This document shows, piece by piece, positions 46,135 to 57,849 of a stretch of 64,000 nucleotides of DNA. The first letter of the stretch is position 1. Each line of letters begins with the position of its first letter. The DNA is from an uncultured Actinomycetota bacterium. GTDB taxonomy: Bacteria > Actinomycetota > Actinomycetes > JAHEKZ01. The notes beneath the pieces were generated by a model. That model had not been told where the DNA came from, did not search any database, and saw nothing but the letters and a program-made list of their open reading frames with translations. The position numbers and the translations under genes are program-made. The stretch covers positions 559,667 to 623,666 of the forward strand of contig CAWKCE010000005.1 in the NCBI GenBank assembly GCA_963848085.1, in the 5' to 3' direction.

Positions 46135-48105
46135 TCAGCGTAGCGACGCTTCCTTCTCGGGGCGACGGAATGACAGCTGGACCAAGACCTCGGGAAGGTC
46201 GTCTCCTGAAACCGGGCGCGACCAGAGGAACCCCTGCCCGACATCACAGCCGAGCGCCCGCAGCTGGTCGGTCACGTCCTCGTCCTCGACGCCTTCGGCC
46301 ACGACCGCCAGGCCGAACTCGTGCGCCAGCTCCACCATGGCTCGGACCAGGGTCACGCCGGCGGGGTCGTCCGACATTCGGACCACGAACGAACGGTCGA
46401 TCTTCAACGTGGTGAGCGGCATCGACTCCAGGGTGGCCATGGACGTGTACCCGGTTCCGAAGTCGTCGACGGCCAGGGTCACGCCCAGCTCGGACAGCCG
46501 GTGAAGCATCTGGTGCGTCCGCGTCGGGTCCTCGATGAGGGCGCTCTCGGTCAGCTCCAGCTCCAAGCGGTGCGGCTCGACCATGTGGCTCGCCAGCAGG
46601 TCCTCCACGAACTCCGCGAAGTCCGACTCGACAAGGTTCCGGGCCGAGAGGTTCACGGCCACCGGCAGGTAGGCGAACTGGGCTTCCACTCGGTCCCACT
46701 CGGCGACCTGTGTCAGCACCATCTCCAGGACGTAGCGCGTCAGCGTGCGAATCAGCCCGCTGCGCTCGGCGACCGGGATGAACAGGTTCGGCGGGATGTT
46801 CCCGCGCACCGGGTGGTTCCACCGCAGTAGCGCCTCGAGCCCGACCACGTCGCCGGAGACCAGGTCGATCTTGGGCTGGTAGTGCACCGACAGCTGGTCG
46901 GTCCCCAGCGCAACCCGAAGGTCACCCAGCAGCAGCCAGTCGGTGCTGCTGTCGTCGCTGTCGGCGTCGTACACCAGGACGCCGACGTGAGCGGTCTTCG
47001 CTCCGTACATGGCGATGTCGGCGCGCTGGAACAGCTCGGTGACGTCGGACGCGTGGTGCGGAAGCACGGCCAGGCCGACGCTGCAGTCGACGTGCAGCGC
47101 CAGCTCATCGATCATGAAGGGCTCGTCGAACACCGCGTGGATGCGGCGCGCAAGCCGGTCGGCGTCGAGCAGCGACGCGATCGTGGGGGCCAGAATGGCG
47201 AACTCGTCGCCGCCGAGTCGCGCCACCGTGTCCGCGTCACGCACGACCTTGCACAACCTCGCGGCGATCTCCACCAGGAGGGTGTCACCTCGGTTGTGCC
47301 CCAGCGTGTCGTTGATCTCCTTGAACCGGTCCACATCCAAGATCAGCAGGGCCACCGGCTCGTTGCGTCGGTTCGCGATCGCGATCGCGCGCTCCAACCG
47401 GTCGGACAGCAGTCGTCGGTTCGGCAGACCCGTCAGCGGGTCGTGCAGCGCCAGGTGCTCGTTCTCGCGTGCCTGTGCCCGCAGCACGGTGCTTGCTCGG
47501 TGGACCGTACGGTAGAGCAGCAGCCATGCCAGCAGCAGCGCCACCATGATCAACGAAGACATGAGCACAACGGCGTCGCGGAGAAGGCTCTCGGTTGCGG
47601 CGTACGGCAGCTGCACGTTGGCGACCCCGTACGGCTGGCTGAAGGCGTCCCCATAGGTCACCGGAACGAAGACGGACAGCACCGGCCGGCCCTCGATCTG
47701 GACGATGGTGGACACCGGCGTGCGGTCGCGAAGCGCCTTGTTGTGAAGTGCAAGCTCGTCGGCCGTCAGTGCTGTGGGAGGACCGATGCTCGACCACAGC
47801 GCCTCGCCGCTGATTCCGTACAGCCGCAGCGAGTCGAGCTCGGCGACCCGGTTGGCGCTGCCGATGAGCAGCAGCTGACGCTCCGAGTAGACGACAGCCT
47901 CCGGGTCGACCCAGAACTGACGCATCATCGGCGTGATGACCCGTTCGACGCCCATCGTCACGAACGTCTCGGCCACCCGCTCGCCGTCGTCACGTGCCTG
48001 GGTCTCCAGCGTGGAGGAGAACAGGTAGATCAGCGCGCCCGCCAGCAGCACCATGGTGGTCAGGCTCACCACGGCGAAGGTCCCTGTCAGAGAGAGCCGG
48101 CGCAC
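46135..48105 (-). CDS. membrane-anchored sensor protein with GGDEF and EAL domains (c-di-GMP turnover)
   Basis: '[10 protein letters not shown]' GGDEF; 'EALLRWNHP' EAL; N-terminal TM plus periplasmic sensor. Confidence 0.85.
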   Translation of the reverse strand: MRRLSLTGTFAVVSLTTMVLLAGALIYLFSSTLETQARDDGERVAETFVTMGVERVITPMMRQFWVDPEAVVYSERQLLLIGSANRVAELDSLRLYGISGEALWSSIGPPTALTADELALHNKALRDRTPVSTIVQIEGRPVLSVFVPVTYGDAFSQPYGVANVQLPYAATESLLRDAVVLMSSLIMVALLLAWLLLYRTVHRASTVLRAQARENEHLALHDPLTGLPNRRLLSDRLERAIAIANRRNEPVALLILDVDRFKEINDTLGHNRGDTLLVEIAARLCKVVRDADTVARLGGDEFAILAPTIASLLDADRLARRIHAVFDEPFMIDELALHVDCSVGLAVLPHHASDVTELFQRADIAMYGAKTAHVGVLVYDADSDDSSTDWLLLGDLRVALGTDQLSVHYQPKIDLVSGDVVGLEALLRWNHPVRGNIPPNLFIPVAERSGLIRTLTRYVLEMVLTQVAEWDRVEAQFAYLPVAVNLSARNLVESDFAEFVEDLLASHMVEPHRLELELTESALIEDPTRTHQMLHRLSELGVTLAVDDFGTGYTSMATLESMPLTTLKIDRSFVVRMSDDPAGVTLVRAMVELAHEFGLAVVAEGVEDEDVTDQLRALGCDVGQGFLWSRPVSGDDLPEVLVQLSFRRPEKEASLR

Positions 48106-48192
48106 GAAGGGGGGATCGGCGGTTCCAGACCCCGGCTGAAGCGCTACCGGCGACCCATGAGCGGCCGCGGGCTCCCTCCTCGTCCGAACCGA

Positions 48193-49140
48193 CTACGACC
48201 GGCCCTCGCGGACGCGGGCCAGCCAGGCCTGGGCCTGGCGGAACTCCGGGTCGCTGACCCCTCGGCGCAGCTGTGGCGGGGTGCCGTCCAGCCGGGGGTA
48301 GCACCCGAGGTAACGGATGTCGGCGCAGACCCGGCGCAGCCCCATCAGGGCCTCTCCCACTCGGGAGTCGTCGACGTGCCCCTCGATGTCGATCGAGAAG
48401 AAGTAGTCGCCGATGCCTCCGCCCGTAGGCCGGGACTCGATGCGGGTGAGGTTCACCCCACGCACCGCGAACTCGGTGAGGATCTCCAGGAGCGCCCCCG
48501 GATGGTCCTCCCCGATGTACAGGACCAGGGACGTCTTGTCCGCCCCCGTGCTCGGGGCGGGCGGGCGGGGCCGTCCCACGAGCACGAACCGCGTCTCGGC
48601 TGCCGGGTTGTCGCCGACGTCAGTGGCAAGCACCGCCAGCCCGTACACCTGACTGGCGAGCGGCGCGGCGATCGCCGCGTCGAAGTGCGCATCGGGGTCG
48701 GCCACGGCGGCCGCGGCCGCGGCCGTCGAGGCGGCCGGCAGCACCAGTGCGTCCGGCAGGTGCTCCGCCAGCCACCGACGGCACTGCGCCTCCGCATGGG
48801 GGTGCGTGGTGACCCGGGTGACGTCCGCCAGCTGGGTCCCGCCTCGTGCCAGCAGCGCGAATGCCACCGGCACCTGGGCCTCGGCCACGATCACGAGCGG
48901 CTCGCCGGACGCGAGGGCATCCAGCGTGGCGGCGACCGAGCCCTCCACGGAGTTCTCGAGCGGGACCATGGCCCCTGCGACGGCCCCGGCCCGCACGGCG
49001 TCGAGCGCACCGGTGACCGTGGTGAACGGCACGCAGGTTGCGGGCCTCCCGGCGAGATGGCCCAGCAGAGCGGCCTCGGTGAACGTCCCCTCGGGGCCGA
49101 GGTAGCCGTAGCGGGGGAGGTCGTCGGGCTGCTCGGACAC
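48193..49140 (-). CDS. pheA: prephenate dehydratase
   Basis: 'YLGPEGTFTE' PDT motif, C-terminal ACT domain. Confidence 0.85.
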   Translation of the reverse strand: MSEQPDDLPRYGYLGPEGTFTEAALLGHLAGRPATCVPFTTVTGALDAVRAGAVAGAMVPLENSVEGSVAATLDALASGEPLVIVAEAQVPVAFALLARGGTQLADVTRVTTHPHAEAQCRRWLAEHLPDALVLPAASTAAAAAAVADPDAHFDAAIAAPLASQVYGLAVLATDVGDNPAAETRFVLVGRPRPPAPSTGADKTSLVLYIGEDHPGALLEILTEFAVRGVNLTRIESRPTGGGIGDYFFSIDIEGHVDDSRVGEALMGLRRVCADIRYLGCYPRLDGTPPQLRRGVSDPEFRQAQAWLARVREGRS

Positions 49141-49163
49141 GGCGGAAGCCTAGTGCGGCCCGA

Positions 49164-50129
49164 CTAGCGACGACCGGCGGCGAGCAGACAGACCAGCTCG
49201 TAGACGAGGTTCGCCCCCGCGATGGCGGTGATCTCGGCGTGGTCGTAGGCGGGCGCGATTTCGACCACGTCGGCGCCGACGAGGTTGAGACCGGCCAGTC
49301 CCCGCACCAGCTCGAGCAGCTCACGCCCGCTGAGGCCGCCCATCTCCGGGGTACCGGTCCCCGGGGCGTGCGCCGGGTCGAGCACATCGATGTCAATCGA
49401 CACGTACAGCGGGGCGTCGGACACGCGCTCGCGGATGCGATCGATGACGGCGTCCATCCCGTCGCGGTCGAGGTCGCGACACTGCACCACCCGGAAGCCG
49501 AAGGTCGCGTCGTCGACCAGGTCCCGGGGCGAGTACAAGGGGCCACGCGTCCCCACGTGCATGCAGTGGTCGGCGAGCAGCAGCCCCTCCTCCCAGGCTC
49601 TTCGGAACGGGGTGCCGTGGGTGTACGGGGCTCCGAAGTAGGTGTCCCAGGTGTCGAGGTGGGCGTCGAAGTGGACCAGAGCGACGGGGCCGTGCTTGTC
49701 CCTCATCGCCCGCAGCGCGGGCAGCGCAACCGTGTGGTCACCGCCGAGCAGCACCGTCCGCCGATGGCCGCTGATGAGACGCCCGAGCCCGGCTGCGACC
49801 TGTTCGATCGCGGCCTCGATGTCGAACGGGTTCACCACGAGGTCCCCGGCGTCGACCACCTGCGTCCCGGCGAACGGCGACACGTCCTGCGCGGGGTTGT
49901 AGGGCCGTAACAGGCGCGAGCCCTCCCGGATGGCGGACGGTCCGAACCGCGCTCCCGGTCGGTAGCTCACCCCGGAGTCGAAGGGGGCACCGACCACGGC
50001 AATGTCGTAGTCGGCCACGTCCTCCAGGCGCGGCAGCCGGGCGAAGGTCGTCAGGCCCGAGTAGCGGGGCACCTGGACCGAGTCGACCGGTCCGACGGTG
50101 CCGCCTTCGGTCACCCGGGGCTCGTCCAC
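49164..50129 (-). CDS. agmatinase/ureohydrolase (arginase family)
   Basis: Mn-binding motifs 'GGDHTV', 'HFDAHLDT', '[18 protein letters not shown]'. Confidence 0.8.
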   Translation of the reverse strand: MDEPRVTEGGTVGPVDSVQVPRYSGLTTFARLPRLEDVADYDIAVVGAPFDSGVSYRPGARFGPSAIREGSRLLRPYNPAQDVSPFAGTQVVDAGDLVVNPFDIEAAIEQVAAGLGRLISGHRRTVLLGGDHTVALPALRAMRDKHGPVALVHFDAHLDTWDTYFGAPYTHGTPFRRAWEEGLLLADHCMHVGTRGPLYSPRDLVDDATFGFRVVQCRDLDRDGMDAVIDRIRERVSDAPLYVSIDIDVLDPAHAPGTGTPEMGGLSGRELLELVRGLAGLNLVGADVVEIAPAYDHAEITAIAGANLVYELVCLLAAGRR

Positions 50130-50165
50130 GCGCTCTCCTGACGTTGCGGGGTCATCCTGGGGGAG

Positions 50166-50663
50166 CTACTCGTGGCTTCGATGAGCGAACCCGATCGCCT
50201 GCTCCTCCTCCGGCGACAGCGTGGCGTCGCTGGTTCCGGCCTGGACGCCCTTGGCGTAGGTCCGGGTCTCGGACCGCCCGTTGATGGACGACATCACCAG
50301 ACCGTCCCCGGCGTCGTCGAGCATCGCCACCGAGAACGACATGCGGCCACCCATGTCACCGAAGGCGTCGTAGCGCACCACGGCGACATGGCGGATCGCG
50401 TCGGCCAGGTCAACCCGGACCGCTGCGACCTCGTCCTGGACGGCAGACACCTCCGACCGCAGCAGCTCGACCGACGCCACCTGTCGGCCGACACTGGCGA
50501 GGAAGGAGTCCGAAGGGTCGTCGCCCTGCAGCAAGGTGAGGTCCCGTCGCATCCGCCGCACCCGACGGAGCGCAACCACGGCGACGAGCAGCCCGAGGAT
50601 CCCGACCACGACGGCACCAATGGCAAGTCCGGCGAGCAGGGTGGGGTCGAGATCCAGCGTCAC
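50166..50663 (-). CDS. DUF4446-like membrane-anchored hypothetical protein
   Basis: N-terminal TM then coiled-coil region; conserved actinobacterial family, no catalytic motif. Confidence 0.4.
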   Translation of the reverse strand: MTLDLDPTLLAGLAIGAVVVGILGLLVAVVALRRVRRMRRDLTLLQGDDPSDSFLASVGRQVASVELLRSEVSAVQDEVAAVRVDLADAIRHVAVVRYDAFGDMGGRMSFSVAMLDDAGDGLVMSSINGRSETRTYAKGVQAGTSDATLSPEEEQAIGFAHRSHE

Positions 50664-50903
50664 GGTGGTCCAGGCGTCGAAGTGGGTGAGGGCGATGTCC
50701 GGCTCAGCGTAGCCACCGGCGCCCGGCGCGCCGCCACCGACCAGGGGCGCGAGTGACAGGTCCGAGCGCCGCCGACGGGGGATGCAGCGGCGCCCGGACC
50801 TACCTCACTGTTGAACACTCTTCGAGTCCGAGGCAAGCCGACCCGGGGACTTTGACCGTTTCTTGACCAGACGTTCGGCAGCCGCTTCTGGCGGCACCCG
50901 TGG

Positions 50904-51833
50904 TCAGTTCAACGTGAGCTGTCGGGCAGCCAACGCGTGTCGCGCACGGCGCTCCACGCCGGACAGCGGGGCGGTCTCCGACAGGGCGTCGTCCAGCCGG
51001 CTGCGGAAGGCCGCGGCCGGCTCCTCGACCTCCTCCACCGGCATACCGTCGGGCAGATCCCACACCGGCACCAGCAGCCCCAGCGCCCGGAACGACCCCA
51101 GGTACCGGGAGCCGTCGCCGAGGTCCAACGAGCCGGCCGCGAACAGGCGGGCACAGGCATCGGTCAGCGGGTCCTCGTCCTCGGCCAGCACCCAGCGCAG
51201 CTGGACCCGGTCCCCCAGGGTCACCCAGTACGCAGCCTCGACGCCTGCCAGCCGGGCGGTGGGCGCCACCGCCTCACCCAGACGCTCCAGCGACGTGCGC
51301 GTGTCGGCATCCACCTCCTCCGCATCCTCGACCCAGTAGTCGAACGAGGAGTGGACGACGACCCGCAGCGGCGCCGTCACGTCGAGCAGGTCCTGCATCC
51401 GGGGCGCGTCCGCCGGTAGGGGCCGCGGGGCGATGGCAGTCCCCGGAGCCGCCGCCAGTGCCTGGACGAGCGCATCGGCCAGGTCCCGCGACAGGTCTGC
51501 GGACGATGTCTGCGTCTGCATCCCGAGCATCACCGAGCCGTCCTGGCGGACCGAGGCCGGCCGAGCCATCGGGAGGACGCTGCTCAGCGTGACCTGGCGG
51601 TCGGCCGCTTCGCCGGCCAGCGTGAGCTCAGCAGTGCCGGCCGACACGACCTCGCGCATAGCAACCCAGTCGGCCTCGTCGGCGAGCCCGGCGAAGGGAC
51701 GGAGGACCCGCGAGTGCACCGCCCGCGACGCTGCCTTGCCATGGCAGGCCTTGTAGCGGCGGCCAGACCCGCAGGGGCATGGCTCCCGTCCGCCGACCAC
51801 AGGGACCGACTGGGTCTGCTCGGACATGAACAC
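50904..51833 (-). CDS. SEC-C metal-binding motif protein
   Basis: N-terminal 'PCPCGSGRRYKACHG' SEC-C zinc-ribbon motif. Confidence 0.6.
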   Translation of the reverse strand: MFMSEQTQSVPVVGGREPCPCGSGRRYKACHGKAASRAVHSRVLRPFAGLADEADWVAMREVVSAGTAELTLAGEAADRQVTLSSVLPMARPASVRQDGSVMLGMQTQTSSADLSRDLADALVQALAAAPGTAIAPRPLPADAPRMQDLLDVTAPLRVVVHSSFDYWVEDAEEVDADTRTSLERLGEAVAPTARLAGVEAAYWVTLGDRVQLRWVLAEDEDPLTDACARLFAAGSLDLGDGSRYLGSFRALGLLVPVWDLPDGMPVEEVEEPAAAFRSRLDDALSETAPLSGVERRARHALAARQLTLN

Positions 51834-51880
51834 CCTCCGTCTGCTCGAAGGCTCACGCTAGCGCTGACCGCAGTCGCGGC

Positions 51881-52684
51881 TCAGGGCGCCAGCGACTTCA
51901 GAACGTCGCGCGGCCGGTTGGTGATGATGGCGTCGACGCCGAGTCCCATCGCCAGGTCGACGTCGGTCGGTTGGTCGACGGTCCACACGTGGACCTGACG
52001 CCCGGTGGCGTGGACCCGCTCCACGTACCGCGGATGTGCACGCAGAACCTCGATGGACGGTCCGGCAATCCCCACCCCCTTCGGCAGGCTGCCGTTTCGG
52101 TACATCAGCGGAACCCGGTCCATCAGGTACACCAAGGGCACCGACGGCGCGAGCCGCGTCATCCGGCGCAGGGCCACCTCGGAGAAGCTCATGACCCGAA
52201 CCAGGCCCGCCCGCTCCGATGCCGGGTCGACCAGCCCGTACTCGTCGAGCAGCTCGACCAGTCGGCGCTCGACCCAGCCGGCATACCTCGTCGGGTGCTT
52301 CGTCTCGATGGACAGCTCGACGCGACGGTCGGCATCCACGGCGAACTGGATCAACCGCTCGAGGGTCAGGACCTGCCGTCGGTCCTCGTCCCGGTCCGGC
52401 TCCTCATAGTCGTCCCAGTTCTCCTTCCACGACCCGAAGTCCAGCTCCTCCAGGTCCGACAGCTCGAGCACCGACAGCACCCCACGCCCGTTCGACGTCC
52501 GGTCGACACGGCGGTCGTGCACGCACACCAGGTGGCCGTCTGCCGTGAGGCGCACGTCTGCCTCGAGCCCGTCGGCTCCGTCCTCGATCGCCGTGCGGTA
52601 CGCGGCGAACGTGTGCTCCGGCGCGAGATCGGACGCACCACGGTGTGCGACCACCAAAGGTCGTCCCGGCCGCGAGCTGCTCAT
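51881..52684 (-). CDS. glycerophosphodiester phosphodiesterase
   Basis: 'VVAHRGASDLAPEHTFAAY...EADVRLTADGHLVCVHD' GDPD catalytic motifs. Confidence 0.85.
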   Translation of the reverse strand: MSSSRPGRPLVVAHRGASDLAPEHTFAAYRTAIEDGADGLEADVRLTADGHLVCVHDRRVDRTSNGRGVLSVLELSDLEELDFGSWKENWDDYEEPDRDEDRRQVLTLERLIQFAVDADRRVELSIETKHPTRYAGWVERRLVELLDEYGLVDPASERAGLVRVMSFSEVALRRMTRLAPSVPLVYLMDRVPLMYRNGSLPKGVGIAGPSIEVLRAHPRYVERVHATGRQVHVWTVDQPTDVDLAMGLGVDAIITNRPRDVLKSLAP

Positions 52685-52714
52685 GGTCGGACCATGGTGG
52701 CAGCCGGCGGCCCA

Positions 52715-53996
52715 TCAGCCCAGCAGCACACCGGGGTTCATCACCCGACGCGGATCGAGGGCGCTCTTGATCCCACGCATGGCGGCCAGCTCGGCGTCCG
52801 AGCGGGACAGCCCGAGCCACTTCGCCTTGGCTCGACCTACCCCGTGCTCCGCACTGATGGTTCCCCCCAGCTGCGCGACCAGGCGCAGGACCCGCGCGTC
52901 TACCTCCTCGTCGTCCGGTGCGGCGCCCACGATCTCGACGTGCAGGTTGGCCTCGGCAAGGTGGCCGAACACGAAGCCGTCGAAGGGCGCCCAGGCGTCG
53001 GGCAGCCGGTCCACCAGCTCGGAGAGTCGGTGGCGCGGCACGGCCACATCGAGCTTGTGGACCACGCCGAGCGTCGCCACCGCCTCGGTCAGTCGCTCCC
53101 GGTAGGCCCACACCCGTCGGTCCACGACCGCGTCGACGTCACTTGCCATCACTGGTGCTGCGGCCGTCTCGACCAGGACGTAGAACGGCCAGCGTCGGGC
53201 CAGCGGGAACGGCAGCCCGGTCACCTCGCAGACCAGCTCCATCGACGTGCCGGCCACCAGCTCAGCGGCCAACACCCCGGGCTGGTCGAGCAGCGCCTGG
53301 GCGTCCGGCACGGATGCGACACCGAGCAGTGCGGTCGTCCGGTCGACGGGCAGCGGGGGAACGAGCCGCAGCCGGGCCGCGGTGATGACGCCGAGCGTCC
53401 CCTCGCTGCCGACGAGGAGCCCGGACAGGTCGTACCCGGCCGAGTCCTTCGGCAGCCCTGCCAGGTGATCCATGACGCTGCCGTCGGGAAGCACCACCTG
53501 GAGGCCGAGCAGCTGGGCCCGACTGTCCCCATGGACCACTACCCGGACGCCACCGGCGTTGGTGGCAAGCGTGCCTCCGACCGTCGCCGAGTCCCGGGAC
53601 GCCAGGTCGACGCCATAGGCCAGGCCGGCCTTCGCGGCGTGCGCCTCGACCGCGGCGATGGTCACACCGGCACCGACGGTCACCTGCCGGCTGACCTCGT
53701 CCACTGCGTCCAGACGTCGTCAAGCGCTGCGTCGACAGGACGATCTGCTCCCGGCGGTTGGGCACCGACCCGCCCACGAGTCCGGTGTTGCCGCCCTGCG
53801 GAACCACGCCGACCCCCTGCGCGGCGCACCAGCCGACGACATCGGACACCTCGTCAGTGTTTCCCGGTCGAACGACGGCCTGCGGGGTGACCGACCACCG
53901 TCGGGTCCAGTCCGTCCCGAACGCCACGCACCGGTCCGGGTCGGTGAGGACGTGGTCGGCACCAACGACTGCGGCAAGCGACGCCACCAAGGACAC
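52715..53996 (-). pseudogene. FAD-linked oxidase (GlcD/D-lactate dehydrogenase-like), single frameshift near 53715-53735
   Basis: N-terminal FAD-binding frame (53996 to '...NRREQIVLSTQRL') and C-terminal frame ('VDEVSRQVTVGAGVTIAAVEAHA...' to 52715) are contiguous only across a frame change. Confidence 0.6.
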
Positions 53997-54034
53997 GCAG
54001 GAACCCTAGCCAGCGACCCGGCCGATGGACCCCG

Positions 54035-54901
54035 CTACTTCAGGAACTTCGAGGTACGCCTGTCAGCCAGCGGCCGACCACCCGTTTGACAGGTCGCGCA
54101 GTACTGAAGGGACGAGTCGGCGAACGACACCTCGCGCACCGCGTCACCGCACTCCGGGCACGGCTGGCCGGTCCGGCCGTGCACGCGCATGCCGGCGCGC
54201 TTGTCGTCCTTGAGCTCAGCCGCCGGCAGACCGCTGGACCGCGCCACCGCATCGCGCAACGTGGTCACGAGGGCCTCGTGGAGTTTGGCAACCTCCTCCG
54301 GCGACAACGAATCGGCCAACCTGAACGGCGACAGCCGCGCGACGTGCAGCACCTCGTCGCTGTACGCGTTGCCCACCCCGGCCAGCACCGACTGGTCCCG
54401 CAGGAGGCCCTTCAGCTGGGTTCGGGGGTGCGCCTGCAGGACCCTCGCGAACGCCGCGACGTCGAACTCCGATTGCAGCGGGTCCGGGCCCAGGCGCTGC
54501 ACACCCGGGACGTCGCCAGGCTGCCGCACGACGTACACCGCGAGCTTCTTCTTCGTCCCGGCCTCGGTCAGCTCGATGCCCGTGCCGTCGTCGAGCCGAA
54601 GCCGGAGCGCCAGCGGGTTGCGCCCGCTGGGCCGGATCGGCGAGGTCGGCACCTCGTCGCGCCAGCGCACCCATCCGGCGCGGGCCAGGTGCACCACCAG
54701 GTGGAGGCCGTCGACGTCGATGTCGAGGAACTTGCCGTGGCGATCCACCGCAGTGACGGCCAGCCCTCCCAGGGCCGTGACCGGCGGGTCGAAGGTCTTC
54801 AGCGCGCTGATGGAGGCGACGTCCACCCCTGCCACCACCCGGCCCACCAGCCGCTCCCGCAGGAAGACAGCCAGGGCCTCGACCTCGGGCAGCTCGGGCA
54901 T
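54035..54901 (-). CDS. formamidopyrimidine-DNA glycosylase / Nei-family DNA glycosylase
   Basis: N-terminal 'MPELPEVEA' catalytic Pro/Glu, H2TH, C-terminal zinc finger 'CPECGDAV...CATCQ'. Confidence 0.85.
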   Translation of the reverse strand: MPELPEVEALAVFLRERLVGRVVAGVDVASISALKTFDPPVTALGGLAVTAVDRHGKFLDIDVDGLHLVVHLARAGWVRWRDEVPTSPIRPSGRNPLALRLRLDDGTGIELTEAGTKKKLAVYVVRQPGDVPGVQRLGPDPLQSEFDVAAFARVLQAHPRTQLKGLLRDQSVLAGVGNAYSDEVLHVARLSPFRLADSLSPEEVAKLHEALVTTLRDAVARSSGLPAAELKDDKRAGMRVHGRTGQPCPECGDAVREVSFADSSLQYCATCQTGGRPLADRRTSKFLK

Positions 54902-55017
54902 GGCACCCATGGTGGCTCACGAGGCCGCCAGACGGGCGGCGACGACGCTGGATGTGTCAACCTACGCCTCCGTAGGCTACGGTGGCGTAGGTTGCCAGCC
55001 CGGATCGAGGATTCTGC

Positions 55018-56484
55018 ATGCCCACAGCCGTCCCGCCCGTCCTGCCCGCCGTCATCCAAGGCGGCATGGGCGTCAACATCTCGTCCTACCGACTGGCGCG
55101 CACCGTCGCCGCGGCCGGAGGACTCGGCGTCATCTCCGGGGTCGCTCCCGACCTGCTGCTCGCGCGCTGGCTCCAGGACGGTGACCCCACCGGCGAAGTC
55201 CGGGAGGCCATGGCCGGCTACCCCGACCAGGCGTTCGTCGCCGAGACGGTGGACCGGTACTTCCTCGACGGCGGCCGTGCCCCGGGCAAGGCCTACCGAC
55301 CCAACCCCAAGCTCGACCTCAACCAGAAGTCGGGCCCGGTTCGGCTCACCGCCCTCGGCGCCTACGTCCAGGTGGCCCTGGCCAAGACCGGCCATGACGG
55401 CGTCGTCGGCATCAACCTGCTCGAGAAGGTCCAGCTGTGGACACCGGCAGCTCTGCTCGGCGCGGTCCTGGCTGACGTCGACTTCGTCCTGGTGGGTGCG
55501 GGCGTGCCGACGCACCTGCCGCGGGTGCTCAACGGGCTGGCTGACTGTCACCCGGTCTCCCTGCCCATCGATGTCGCCGGATCCCAGACGGGCGAGTCGT
55601 GGAGCATCACATTGGACCCGGCGGAGGTCGTCCCCGGCCTGACCGCGCCGCTCAAACGACCGTTCTTCCTGGCCATCGTGTCGTCCAACATCTTGGGCAC
55701 CTACCTCGCGCGCGACGAGACCACCCGACCGGACGGATTCGTGGTGGAGCTGCCGAGTGCTGGCGGCCACAACGCCCCGCCCCGCCGCCTCGAGCTGGAC
55801 GACGGTGGCGAGCCCATCTACGGCCCGCGCGACGAGGTTGACCTGACCAAGATCGACACCATCGGGCTGCCGTTCTGGGTCGCGGGTGGCTACGCCACCC
55901 CAGACCGGCTGCGTGAGGCCCAGGAGGCGGGCGCGGTCGGCGTCCAGATCGGCACCGCCTTCGCATTGTCCGACGAGTCCGGCATGACGCCCCCGGTACG
56001 GACGGTCCTGCGGGAACGCGTCCGCGCTGACAACCTCCGGGTGCGCACCGACCCGCTGGCCAGCCCGACCGGCTTCCCGTTCAAGGTCGCCCAGATGCCG
56101 GGAACCGTCGCTGACCCCACCACCTACGGATCGCGGGACCGCATCTGCGACCTCAGCTACCTGCGCACCGCGTATCGCCGCGAGAACGGCTCCGTGGGAT
56201 ACCGCTGCGCGTCCGAGCCGGTGGACGCCTACGTCCGCAAGGGCGGCGACGCCGAGGACACGCTCGGTCGCATGTGCCTGTGCAACGGGCTGGCGGCTAC
56301 CGCCGGGCTGGCACAGCTGCGGGGTGACAGCGATGTCGAGCCCTACCTGGTGACGCTCGGTTCAGACCGCGTCCAGCTGGCCGGGCTGCTGGAGCGCCAC
56401 AAAGACGGCTGGTCAGCGCTGGACGTGATGTCCTGGCTGACCGAGCCGTCCTTGAGCTCGGTGGCCGGTTCCGCGGCTACGTGA
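55018..56484 (+). CDS. nitronate monooxygenase-family (NMO / 2-nitropropane dioxygenase-like) FMN oxidoreductase
   Basis: 'PVLPAVIQGGMGVNISSYRLARTVAAAGGLGVISG' TIM-barrel FMN motif. Confidence 0.8.
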   Translation: MPTAVPPVLPAVIQGGMGVNISSYRLARTVAAAGGLGVISGVAPDLLLARWLQDGDPTGEVREAMAGYPDQAFVAETVDRYFLDGGRAPGKAYRPNPKLDLNQKSGPVRLTALGAYVQVALAKTGHDGVVGINLLEKVQLWTPAALLGAVLADVDFVLVGAGVPTHLPRVLNGLADCHPVSLPIDVAGSQTGESWSITLDPAEVVPGLTAPLKRPFFLAIVSSNILGTYLARDETTRPDGFVVELPSAGGHNAPPRRLELDDGGEPIYGPRDEVDLTKIDTIGLPFWVAGGYATPDRLREAQEAGAVGVQIGTAFALSDESGMTPPVRTVLRERVRADNLRVRTDPLASPTGFPFKVAQMPGTVADPTTYGSRDRICDLSYLRTAYRRENGSVGYRCASEPVDAYVRKGGDAEDTLGRMCLCNGLAATAGLAQLRGDSDVEPYLVTLGSDRVQLAGLLERHKDGWSALDVMSWLTEPSLSSVAGSAAT

Positions 56485-57703
56485 GCCCGAGGGCGTCGGC
56501 CTCCTCCCACAGCTCCTCCCGGACATCCGGATGCGCCGCCTGCTCGATCAAGTGTCGCGCCTGAGCCGTCTGTGAATGGCCCCAGATCTCGGCCACCCCG
56601 TGCTCAGTCACCACCGCGCTGTGCTGGAACGACGTGACCGGCTCGTCGATGAGGGGCACGATCGTCGACACGTTGGCCCGTGGGTGCCACGACCGGAGCG
56701 CGATCAGCGCCTTTCCCCCCGGGGAGTGCATGGCGCCGACGATGAAGTCGTTCTGTCCCCCGAACCCGGAGTAGATGCGCCCGCTGATCCGGGAGGCGTT
56801 CGCTTGGCCGAACAGGTCGACCTGAAGTGCCGAGTTGACCGACACCAAAGACGGGTTCTTGGAGATGACGCTTGGGTCGTTCACCTTCTCGGTGCGCTTC
56901 ACCCGCACCCGTGGGTTCCGGTCCACCCACCGGTAGAGCTCGGGCGAGCCGAACAGGAACGAGGCGACCAGCGGTGCCTCCGGGTCAAGTGCACCGACGG
57001 TGTCGAGGTGCAGGACCCCGTCGCTGAACATCTCGCTCCAGATCCGCAGGCCGCGCCGGTTCCCCAGCTGCTGCAGTGCGGCGTCAGGTACCGCACCGAT
57101 CCCCATCTGCAGCGTCGAGCCGTCCTCGACCATCGACGCGACCCGCAGGCCGATCTCCCGCGAGCAGTCGTCCAGCGGTGACGGGGCGACGGACTCCCAG
57201 GGCTGGTCCACCTCGACCACGAAGTCGAAGTCGGCCAGCGGATAGACACCGTCGCCGTACGTGTACGGCATCGCCGGGTTCGACTGCGCAACCAGGAGAC
57301 CGCCCCTGCTGCGTACCGCCTCCATGGCGGCCGGCAGCAGGTTCACCTCAATCCCGAGCGATACCGTCCCGTCCCGCGGAGACGACGTGTGCACGACGAC
57401 GACGTCCGGTGGCAGGGTCCGGGTGAACAACGCCGGGGCCAGCGAAAGGCGCGACGGCACGTAGCGCAGGTTGGGGCGGTGCCGCATCCCCGGTCCGACG
57501 AAACACGTCTCGAGCGTGACGCCTTCGCGCGTCGGGATGCCCTGCTGCGCGTTGAGCGCGAACAGGGTGTACTCCGGCACGGCGGCGTCGATCGCACGGA
57601 CGACGTGCCACGGTGTCGCCACATTCCCGCTGACGATGATCCGCGGGGATGGCGGCAGGGCCGCCACTGCGGCGGCGGCAACCTCGGCTGTCACGGTTCG
57701 CAC
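56477..57703 (-). CDS. acetyl-CoA hydrolase/transferase family protein (CoA-transferase)
   Basis: 408 aa; family 4-hydroxybutyrate/succinyl-CoA:CoA transferase layout. Confidence 0.75.
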   Translation of the reverse strand: MRTVTAEVAAAAVAALPPSPRIIVSGNVATPWHVVRAIDAAVPEYTLFALNAQQGIPTREGVTLETCFVGPGMRHRPNLRYVPSRLSLAPALFTRTLPPDVVVVHTSSPRDGTVSLGIEVNLLPAAMEAVRSRGGLLVAQSNPAMPYTYGDGVYPLADFDFVVEVDQPWESVAPSPLDDCSREIGLRVASMVEDGSTLQMGIGAVPDAALQQLGNRRGLRIWSEMFSDGVLHLDTVGALDPEAPLVASFLFGSPELYRWVDRNPRVRVKRTEKVNDPSVISKNPSLVSVNSALQVDLFGQANASRISGRIYSGFGGQNDFIVGAMHSPGGKALIALRSWHPRANVSTIVPLIDEPVTSFQHSAVVTEHGVAEIWGHSQTAQARHLIEQAAHPDVREELWEEADALGLT

Positions 57704-57849
57704 GACGTCATCCTCCCCGTTTCACCCGGCTGGCGGAGTGATCAACGCGCTCTCGCGCCGAAACAACAACTGCACGGCGCAGCCGGTGCCACACGAGGGG
57801 GTGGCACCGACCGCGCCGTGCATTTCCTTCGGGTACCTCCGCATGATCG

